This document shows positions 40,645 through 48,520 of a stretch of 48,520 nucleotides of DNA, one piece after another. The notes under the pieces are model-generated. The model had not been told where the DNA came from. It ran no database searches and saw only the letters and a program-made list of their open reading frames with translations. Every line of letters starts with the position of its first letter. Within the stretch, counting starts at the first letter, position 1. The translations under genes were made by a program, and so were the position numbers. Source of the DNA: an uncultured Actinomycetes bacterium. Lineage in GTDB: Bacteria > Actinomycetota > Thermoleophilia > UBA2241. The stretch lies in contig CAVWIH010000009.1 of the NCBI GenBank assembly GCA_963755025.1, positions 1-48,520 of the forward strand. Reading direction: 5' to 3'.

Positions 40645-41733
40645 CTAGACGACGCGCAGCTCCTTGGGCAACAGCGTGAGCCGCTCGCAGCCGTCGGCGG
40701 TGACCACCACCGTGTCCTCGATGCGCACGCCCAAGCGGCCTTCGAGGTAGATGCCGGGCTCGACCGTGACGACCATGCCGGGCGCCAGCCGCTCGCGGTT
40801 GCGCTTGCCGAGGCGCGGCTTCTCGTGGATCTCGAGGCCCACGCCGTGTCCGGTGCCGTGGCCGAAGTGCTCGCCGTAGCCGGCCCGTTCGATGACGTCG
40901 CGCGCGGCGGCGTCGACTGCTCCGCAGGCGACGCCGCCGCGCACCGCCTGCAGGCCGGCGAGCTGTGCCGCGAGCACGACGTCGTAGACGGCGCGCCCTT
41001 CGCCGGACGGGCTGCCCGCCGCGAACGTGCGGGTCATGTCGCTGTGGTAGCCGTCGAGGCGCGCACCCATGTCGACGACCACCAGGTCGCCGTCGGCGAC
41101 CACCGCATCGCCGGGGATGGCGTGCGGCAGCGCGCCCTGGGCGCCGGTCGCCACGATCGTGGCGAAGGCGACGGCCTCGGCGCCGCGGCCGCGTACGGCC
41201 TGTTCGACGGCCCAGGCAAGCTCGCGCTCAGACCGTCCCCGCAGGCCCTGGGCGACGACCTCTTCGAGCGCGGCGTCGGCGATCGCCGCGGCGGCGCGCA
41301 TGAGCCGCAGCTCGCCCTGGTCTTTGACCTGGCGCAGCGCGCTCACGCGGTCGCCGACGTTGACGAGGCGGCCGCCGAACAGGCGGCGCAGGCGACGGTA
41401 GCCGGCGTACGCCACGACGTCGCCCTGGAACCCCAGGCGGCGCGCGCCCTCGGGGCGGCCGTCGGCCGTCCCCCAGGCCGCGAGCGTGTCGGCGAGCAAG
41501 GCTGCCCCGCCCTCGCTGCGCACCAGGGCGATGTCGCCGCCGACCTCGGCCGAGATCTGGCTCCAGTACCGCGAGTCGCTGCAGATGAAGGCGTGCTCTC
41601 GGCTCACGAGCACGACGGCGTCGTCGCCGCGAAAGCCCGAGAGGTAACGCACGTCGGCCTTCGCCGACAGCAGGACCGCGTCGAGGCCGCGCTCGTCGAG
41701 CAGACGGCGCAGCGCGGCAAGCCGCTCGTTCAC
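40645..41733 (-). CDS. Xaa-Pro aminopeptidase (M24 family)
   Basis: GYHSDMTRT, HGTGHGVGLEIHE, VTVEPGIY, GVRIED. Confidence 0.94.
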   Translation of the reverse strand: MNERLAALRRLLDERGLDAVLLSAKADVRYLSGFRGDDAVVLVSREHAFICSDSRYWSQISAEVGGDIALVRSEGGAALLADTLAAWGTADGRPEGARRLGFQGDVVAYAGYRRLRRLFGGRLVNVGDRVSALRQVKDQGELRLMRAAAAIADAALEEVVAQGLRGRSERELAWAVEQAVRGRGAEAVAFATIVATGAQGALPHAIPGDAVVADGDLVVVDMGARLDGYHSDMTRTFAAGSPSGEGRAVYDVVLAAQLAGLQAVRGGVACGAVDAAARDVIERAGYGEHFGHGTGHGVGLEIHEKPRLGKRNRERLAPGMVVTVEPGIYLEGRLGVRIEDTVVVTADGCERLTLLPKELRVV

Positions 41734-42176
41734 AGGCCCAGCACCTCCGCAAGTGAGTCGATCGCTTCGAGATACCCGTCGAGACCCTTCCCCGACACCC
41801 GCACCGCGGCGAGGTCGGCGACCACCGAGTGCGAGCGCCACTCCTCTCGCTGCTCGACGTTGGAGAGGTGGACCTCGGCGATCGGGCAGGAGACCAGCTC
41901 GAGGGCGTCGTGCAGCGCCCAGCTGTAGTGGGTCCAGGCGCCGGGATTGATGACCACGGCGGCGGCGGGCTCGTCGCCGCGGGCGATGTCGTGCAGGCGT
42001 TCGACGAGCTCGCCCTCGTGGTTGGTCTGGAAGCAGCGCACCGCGAAGCCACGCGCGGCGCCGTGCGCCGTGACGCGCGCGCCGAGCTCGGCCAGGGTGA
42101 GCGTGCCGTAGTGCCCGGGGTCGCGGCGGCCCAGCATGTCGAGGTTGACGCCGTGGAGCAGCCAGAGCACGTTCAT
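41730..42176 (-). CDS. aroQ: Type II 3-dehydroquinate dehydratase
   Basis: HGVNLDMLG.R....YG, INPGAWTHYS, EVHLSN. Confidence 0.94.
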   Translation of the reverse strand: MNVLWLLHGVNLDMLGRRDPGHYGTLTLAELGARVTAHGAARGFAVRCFQTNHEGELVERLHDIARGDEPAAAVVINPGAWTHYSWALHDALELVSCPIAEVHLSNVEQREEWRSHSVVADLAAVRVSGKGLDGYLEAIDSLAEVLGL

Positions 42177-43280
42177 CGGTCGAGCAGCCATGCGATCGCC
42201 TGGGTGCGCAGGTCGCTCGGCACGATCACGCCTGTGACCGGGCGACCGATGTCGGCCAGCAAGACGAAGCGCGCCTCGCCGGCGGCGACCTTCTTGTCGC
42301 GCGCCACGAGGCGCGCGACGTCGTCGACGGCGGCGCCCTGCAGGCGCTCGGGCAGCCCCGCCGCCGAGAGCAGCCTCTGTCCGCGCTCCGCCGCCGCGGC
42401 GTCGAGGCCCTGCAGCCGCTCCGACAGCCAGAGCGCGGCGCGCAGCCCCAGGCCGACGGCCTCGCCGTGCGAGTAGCGCTCGAAGCCGCCGGCGACCTCG
42501 ATGGCGTGGCCGATGGTGTGCCCCAGGTTGAGCATGGCGCGCGCGCCCGTGGTCTCGCGCGGGTCGCGGCCCACCACCTCGGCCTTGAAGCGCACGTCGG
42601 CTTCGAGCAGGCGGGGCTCGGGCCGCGCGGCGTGCGCGACCCCAGCCTCGGTCAGGGTGAGGGTCGCCTCGCCGGCCAGCAAGGCGTGCTTGACGACCTC
42701 GGCCCAGCCGCCGCGCACCTCGCGCGCCGGCAGGGTCGCAAGGGTGTCCACGTCTTCGATCACCAGGCTGGGCTGGTAGAAGGTCGCCCAGGTAGTTCTT
42801 GCCCTCGTGCAGGTCGACGGCGACCTTGCCGCCCACGGCGGCGTCGACCATGGCGAGGATGGTGGTCGGCGCCTGGATCAGGCGCATGCCCCGCAGAAAC
42901 GTGGCCGCGGCGTAGCCCGCCAGGTCGCCGATCACGCCGCCGCCCAGGGCGACGACCGCGTCGCTGCGCGCGGCGCCCAGACCGTAGAGACGGTCGTACA
43001 GCGTGGCGAGCACCGCGGGGCTCTTGGTCTGCTCGCCGGCCGGCAGCACCATCGTCGAGACGCGCCAGCCGGCGGCCTTGAGCGCTGCCGTGGCGCGCTC
43101 GAGGTACAGCGGGGCGACGTTTGCGTCGCACACCACGAGGGCCTGCGCCGCAGAGGCTCCGCAGAGCTCGCCGAGCCTGTCGAGCAGGCCCGACCCGATC
43201 TTCACCTCGTAGGCGTCGCCGCCGGCCGCCACAGCCACGGTCAGGGCCTCGGCGGGCAGTGCGGCGCCGGCGGCGGTCAT
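42173..43280 (-). CDS. aroB: 3-dehydroquinate synthase (frameshift at about 42785)
   Basis: LGGGVIGDLAG, PTT.LA.VDA.VGGK; second frame LNLGHTIGHAIE, HGEAV. Confidence 0.94.
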
Positions 43281-43801
43281 GCCGCCACCGCGGCGAGGAG
43301 CTTATCGGCAACCCAGGCGAGGCGCTCGTGACCGGCGGTGCGCACGACCTGGGTCGACACTTCGTCGTACAGGGGGCGCCGCGCCTCGTAGAGCGCCGCG
43401 AAGCGGGCCTCGTCGCGCGCCAGCGGCCGGCTGCTGGTGCGTGTGCGCGCGAACAGCACACGCGGCGGCGCATCGAGCCACACGACGTGCGGCAGGCGTC
43501 GCAGCGCGGCGCGCACCTCGTCGATCGTGACCGCGCCGCCGCCGAGCGCCACGACCCGCGCGCCCTGCTCGGCGGCGCCGAGCTCGGCGAGCACGATCCC
43601 GCGCTCGATGGCGCGAAACCCCGCCTCGCCGTGCTCGGCGAACAGGTCGGCGATGGCGCCGTGGCGGGCGCTGATGACCTCGTCGGTGTCGACGAACGGC
43701 AGGGCGAGGCGCTGGGCGACGATGCGTCCGATACGGCTCTTGCCGGCCCCCATGAACCCCACCAGGGCCAGACTCCCCGAGGACGCCCGCTCGCCGCTCA
43801 A
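43277..43801 (-). CDS. aroK: Shikimate kinase
   Basis: LVGFMGAGKS, DTD, GE..FR..E, ALGGG, RPL. Confidence 0.93.
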   Translation of the reverse strand: MSGERASSGSLALVGFMGAGKSRIGRIVAQRLALPFVDTDEVISARHGAIADLFAEHGEAGFRAIERGIVLAELGAAEQGARVVALGGGAVTIDEVRAALRRLPHVVWLDAPPRVLFARTRTSSRPLARDEARFAALYEARRPLYDEVSTQVVRTAGHERLAWVADKLLAAVAA

Positions 43802-44961
43802 AGTCGTCGCAGGCGGGCGCGGAACGCGGCTACGGCCGCCACGAGCTCGGCGGTGGTCGCGCCGCCGAAGCGCTCGAGGACGGCCGCGGCGAGGCACAGC
43901 GCCACGACGGCCTCGCCGACCACGGCGGCGGCCGGCACCGCGCAGACGTCACTGCGCTCGACGTGCGCCTCGACGACCTCGTGGCTGCCCAGCCGCACGC
44001 TGTGTAGCGGGCTCATGAGGGTGGCGATCGGCTTCATGGCGGCGCGGACCACGATGGGCAACCCGGTGGAGATGCCGCCCTCGACGCCGCCGGCGCGATT
44101 GCTGGCGCGTCCGTAGCCTTCGTCGTCTGACCAGACGATCTCGTCGTGCACCTGCGAGCCGGGCAGGCCGGCCGCCGCGAATCCCAGACCGACCTCGACG
44201 CCCTTGATGGCGGGGATGGCGAACAGCGCCGCCGCGAGCTGGGCGCCGAGCCGGCGGTCGCCCTGCGCGTAGCTGCCCACGCCCGGCGGAAACCCGTACG
44301 CCACGACCTCGAAGACGCCGCCCAGCGTGTCGCCCGCCCGTCCCGCGGCGGCGATTGCCGCCCGCATCGCGGCGCTCGCGTCGGCATCGAGGCAGCGCAG
44401 CGGGTCGGCGTCGACCCCGGCGTAGGCGTCGGCCGTGGATGGCGTGACGACCGCGGCGGTGACGTCGCCGACCGCCACGACGTGACTGCGCACCTGACAG
44501 CCGAAGGCCGCGAGGAGTTGCCGGGCGACGGCCCCGCAGGCGACGCGCGCCGCCGTCTCGCGCGCGCTGGCGCGCTCGATGACGTCGCGCAGGTCGTCGG
44601 CCCCGTAAAGCTGAGCGCCCGGCAGGTCGGCGTGGCCGGGCCGCGGCACGCGCACCGGCGTGGCCGGCGTGGCGGTGGCCTCGACGGCCATCGTGTCGGA
44701 CCAGGTGGGGGCGTCGCGGTTGGCGACCGCAAGGGCGACCGGCGCTCCGGTCGTGTACCCGTAGCGCACGCCGGAGCGGATGGTGACGCGATCGCGCTCG
44801 ATCTGCTGCCGCGCGCCGCGGCCATAGCCGAGCTGGCGGCGGGCGAGGTCGGCGTCGATCGCAGCCGCGTCGACGGCGAGGCCTGCAGGGCAGCCCTCGA
44901 TGATCGCGGTGAGCTCGCGACCGTGCGATTCGCCGGCCGTGAGATAGCGGAAGGTCGTCAT
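43798..44961 (-). CDS. aroC: Chorismate synthase
   Basis: TAGESHG, PRPGHAD, ERASARET, SNRAGGVEGG, ERSD. Confidence 0.96.
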   Translation of the reverse strand: MTTFRYLTAGESHGRELTAIIEGCPAGLAVDAAAIDADLARRQLGYGRGARQQIERDRVTIRSGVRYGYTTGAPVALAVANRDAPTWSDTMAVEATATPATPVRVPRPGHADLPGAQLYGADDLRDVIERASARETAARVACGAVARQLLAAFGCQVRSHVVAVGDVTAAVVTPSTADAYAGVDADPLRCLDADASAAMRAAIAAAGRAGDTLGGVFEVVAYGFPPGVGSYAQGDRRLGAQLAAALFAIPAIKGVEVGLGFAAAGLPGSQVHDEIVWSDDEGYGRASNRAGGVEGGISTGLPIVVRAAMKPIATLMSPLHSVRLGSHEVVEAHVERSDVCAVPAAAVVGEAVVALCLAAAVLERFGGATTAELVAAVAAFRARLRRL

Positions 44962-45000
44962 GCCCGCTACCTTACACGCCACCGCGAACCAGAGACAACG

Positions 45001-45030
45001 AGGGCGGGCTGCTCACGAGCAGCCCGCCCT
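45001..45030. terminator. Strong hairpin after the pil operon
   Basis: AGGGCGGGCTGCTC-AC-GAGCAGCCCGCCCT perfect inverted repeat. Confidence 0.75.
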
Positions 45031-45065
45031 TGTGCGGTGCGCTTGGTGGTCGGTGGCCGGTCGGG

Positions 45066-45975
45066 CTATTTCGCGACGGACTGCCCGACGTGAAGGGTGA
45101 TCTGCACGTCGGCGTGCAGGATGGTGACGGTCTGCGCCGGGGCGTTGATGCCGACCACCTTGATCTGGCCCCACGACGTGGTCGTGACCTGGCCTACCGA
45201 GAGGGCCGCGAAGGTCGTGCCGTCGACGCTGATGGTCGCGCTCGGCGTGCCGTTGCTGGTCTCGATGCTGAGCGCCTTGATGCTGTGCCCGGCGGTCGCG
45301 CTCGACGTGCCGCCGTGGGCGCTCGTCGAGCTGCTGCTCGACGAGCTGCCGGAGCCGCTTTCGGTGTAGCTGATGTGCAGCACCGTGACGTAGTAGACCT
45401 TTTGGGCCGAGCCGTTCACGAGCGTGATCTGGGTGGGCGTCGCGGCCTCGGCGACCTGGAAGGTCTTGGTGCTCGTGCCGGCGCCGACGGTGTACCCGTT
45501 GAGCAGCTCGAACGTGACGCCGCTCGAGGCGATCGCCTTGATGCTGAAGGCCGAGCCGGCCGGCGGCAGCTTGTCGCCCACCTTCTGGTCCATGTAGGTC
45601 GCGCCGACCGAGCCCGTCTTGACGGTGATGTTCGCCGATATCGCTTTCGGTGTCGGCGAAGACGTCGACGTCGAGGTGGTCGTGCTTGTCGAGCTGGTGC
45701 CCGGCGCAGCGGTCGCCTGGATGAAGGGGTTACGGCTGGTGAACTGGTCGAGGGTCGGCTGCTGCTTGGCGGGGTCGGCCGCCGTCGCCGCGCCGCCCGT
45801 CGACGAGGCGACGGTCGAGGTATCGGCGAGACCTGCGGCCGTCGGGTTGCCGGCGCCGTAAGTGCTCAGTGCGGTCGGCGCCGCCGTGACCGTGGACCGC
45901 CACGACCGAGGCCACGGCGATGGCGGCGACGACGACGATCGCCAGGATGGCGTTGGACTTGGAGGTGGTCATCAT
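45066..45975 (-). CDS. Membrane-anchored Ser/Thr-rich protein, PilP-like (frameshift at about 45870)
   Basis: N-terminal hydrophobic helix in ORF 45730..46038 joins the frame containing RNPF and two beta-rich domains; follows pilO. Confidence 0.65.
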
Positions 45976-46583
45976 TGCGCACCTACCGTCGCGCCGGCCC
46001 CGGGCGTCCACTGATACCCGTTGATGGTGACCTAGCACGTCGAGATCGGGCTAGTCGTTGCCGGCGAGCTTGGTCTTCGACAGGGTCAGGCTGACGACCG
46101 AGAACATGCGTCCGGTCACGAGGAACTGACCGTTGCGGTAGGCGACGTAGTTCTCGAGCCTGTAGAGGAAGTCCTCGACGTCGAAGTAGCGCGCCGTCGA
46201 ACTCAGCTGGATGGGCTGCACCGAGAACGGCACGCCGGCCGCCGTCGCCTCGGGGTGACGCCTATCAGCGCCAGGCCGGAGCTCTGGGCACGTCGTGGTC
46301 AGCGCGACGATGAACGACGGGATGGCGGCCTCCGACCGGCATGACCTGATGGAGCTTGATGAGGTCGGCTTCGGCCTGCGGCGCGGTCTTCTTGCAGCAG
46401 CGCGAGCTGGCGGATCTGCATCTGCGTCTGCGGCAGCGTGCTCTGCTGGGCCGCGTACTGGGTGTTGAGGTCGGCGAGCTTCTTCTGCTCTGGACTGTAG
46501 AGGAAGAAGTACCACAGGACGCCGACCACCACCGCCACGACGCCGACGATGATGTAGAGCTCACGACCGCGCAGCTTCATCAC
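45972..46583 (-). CDS. pilO: Type IV pilus assembly protein PilO (frameshifted)
   Basis: TM followed by coiled coil, IPSFI, YFDVEDFLYRLE, GRMFSV; position after pilN. Confidence 0.8.
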
Positions 46584-47262
46584 TGCCCACCTCCCATGGT
46601 GATCGACGGCGCCGCGGGGGCCAGCGGCGGCGTGGTCGCGAAGGGCCGCAGGTTGGCGGTGATGGTGAACGTCACGGTCGGCGGGGTGCCGTGGCGAGTA
46701 CGACTGACGACGTGAGCTTGATGTTCATGATCTGCGGCATGAGGCCGAGCTGGGTGAGCAGGGTGGCTACCTGGTTGTGTGCGGCGTAGAGACGTAGCTG
46801 CCGTTCGCGTCGCCGGTCAGCGGTGAGGTCGGTGCTCCGAGGGTGCGTCGAGGCGCCCCTGCGGCTGCGTCGTTCGCGCCGGCGACCATGTACGGCGGCA
46901 CGGTCAGGGTCATGCTGCTGCAGGGACACGCTCGCGGGATCAGCAGGCCGATCTCTTCGAGCACGTTGGACACGATGACCCGGGAGTTCAGGATCTGCGC
47001 GGCCGTCATGGCCATGGCCTGACGCTGGAGCTGCATGGTCTGATACGGCTTCAGATGCAGCGAGCTGGCACGTTGGCCACGTCGATCTGGGCCGAGACGT
47101 CATTGATCTGCGTCTGCTTGGCGTGGACCTGTCGAACGACATGAAGTAGACCGCGCCGAGTGCGACCACCAGGACGATGAGCCCGACGATGGCCAGCAGC
47201 AGACCCTGCTCGCGCGCGGCCCTTGATCGTTCTTCTGGTGGTAGAAGGTTGATGCGCGTCAT
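46580..47262 (-). CDS. pilN: Type IV pilus assembly protein PilN (frameshifted)
   Basis: N-terminal INLLP motif followed by TM helix. Confidence 0.85.
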
Positions 47263-47268
47263 CGCGGC

Positions 47269-48379
47269 CTACCCCTCGTCGTCGAGCGCCAGCCCGATGG
47301 CGATCGCGAGGCGCGGCGCCATCCACTCGAGCTGCACTTCGGTCAGTTTGGTCTTGTTCTCGCCGACCTCGCGCAGAGGGTTGCCGATCTCGACCGGGAG
47401 ATGCAGCCCCTGCGAAAGGCAGTAAGCGATGTTGCGGGTGAGAGCGCCGTCGCCGGTGAGCACCAGCCTGGAGATCTCGCCCATGTGCTCCTGGGTGTGG
47501 TAGTAGTCGATCGAGCGGCGCAGCTCGTCGGAGAACGGCTCGCAGGCCCGCTCGAAGGTCTGATGGATCTCCTGCCTGCGTCTCTGGCGTGAGGTCGCCG
47601 GGCTGATCGGGTTGCTCGCCGCCGAGGCCGACCTGGATGCGCAACGCCTCGGCCTCTTCGAACGAGACCGCCCGGTGCTGCATGAGCGCCTGCGTGAGGC
47701 TCTCGGCGCCGAGGTTGATCACCCGGGTGAACTGCGTGACGCCACCCGCGGCGACGACCAGGTTGGTGATGCCGCCGCCCATGTTGACGAGGGCGACGAC
47801 CTCGGCGCCGTTGCCGTCGGGCGCGCCCTGGTCGATGAAGCTGGGTTTGGGCGCGAGGGCCCGGATCATGGCGAACGCCTGCAGGTCGATGCCGCTGATG
47901 ACCAGGCCGGCCTTCTTTGCGACGTTCACGAACTGGCGGACCATCTCGCGTTGCGCTGCTACCAGCAGGATGCGCTGCTTGATGGTGCCGTCGTCGGCGG
48001 CGTGCGTTGAGAGGACCTTGTAGTCGAGGATGGCCTCGTCGACAGGGATGGGGATGTGCTCCTGGGCCTGGAACTCGATAGCGGCCCGCAGCTCCTTTTC
48101 GTCGATCTGGGGGAACTCCATCGTGCGGACGACGATCTTCTGGTTCGCCACGCCCAGCTGGACGTTCTTGCTCGCGAATCCGCCCTCTTTCCAGAGGACT
48201 TTGAGCTCGTTGGCCAGGGAGTCGCCGTCGACGACCTCGCCTTCGAACACCAGTCCTTCGGGAAGTCCGCGGATCGCAGCATGCGTCAGCACGTTGTGCT
48301 GCTTTCCGGGCTTGACCTGGGCGGCAGCGATAGACGACTGCCCCAGGTCGAGACCCACACGCATTCCGTTCTTCGCCAT
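47269..48379 (-). CDS. pilM: Type IV pilus assembly ATPase-like protein PilM (frameshifts near 47480-47580)
   Basis: VGLDLG, IPIPVDEAILDY, ILLVAA, NMGGGIT; last frame LTGDGA, NPL, AIGLAL. Confidence 0.92.
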
Positions 48380-48413
48380 GACCTTCCCCGTTCGCCTCTG
48401 TTGTTCAGGCAGG

Positions 48414-48442
48414 TTGTCGGCACATTCCGCATCGCGCTTTAG
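48414..48442 (-). promoter_or_regulatory. Sigma-28 family (WhiG/FliA-type) promoter for pilMNOP
   Basis: Minus strand reads CTAAA-N16-GCCGACAA, 34 bp upstream of the pilM ATG. Confidence 0.72.
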
Positions 48443-48520
48443 GCCAAAGATCGACGCGGGCCTGGCGGCCGAGCACGGCGCGGCCCGGCGCGGTCGCCGC
48501 CGGTACTTTCGCGTGGGTCG

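Noticed and set aside
41730-43280. AroB-AroQ fusion (516-aa ORF)
   Set aside because: Created by the frameshift near 42785; the middle is out-of-frame sequence and aroB ends at 42173.

Overview
Very GC-rich bacterial chromosome segment, most consistent with a deep-branching Actinomycetota such as Thermoleophilia/Rubrobacteria (inferred from gene content, not from a search). About 5.2-48.5 kb is one minus-strand run of core genes. In reading order these are pilM-pilN-pilO-pilP-like, aroC-aroK-aroB-aroQ, Xaa-Pro peptidase, efp, a carboxyltransferase-AccB fusion, nusB, xseB-like, ispA, dxs, tlyA, nadK, recN, pyrG, M20 peptidase, xerD, deoB, PNP, pdp, rsmD, coaD, SepIVA-like, DUF177, rpmF, a DRTGG protein, plsX, acpP, rnc, smc, ftsY, GNAT, ffh, rpsP, khpA, rimM, trmD, rplS, lepB, rnhB, yraN and comM. 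comM is cut at its NPCPC motif (about 5200) by an integrative element that fills 1-5200 and continues beyond the left edge. The element carries a large serine recombinase whose last codons are read across the junction from antisense comM, an uncalled 51-aa ORF coupled to it, an XRE regulator and divergent Zn-ribbon protein separated by a perfect palindrome, a candidate C-rich small RNA and a HAD hydrolase. Other notable items are a sigma-28/WhiG-type promoter in front of the secretin-less pilus operon, an RNase III with a long disordered tail, and a Pta-type regulatory module next to plsX. Many single-base frameshifts fall in essential genes and are best read as sequencing errors. No rRNA, intact tRNA or CRISPR array was seen.
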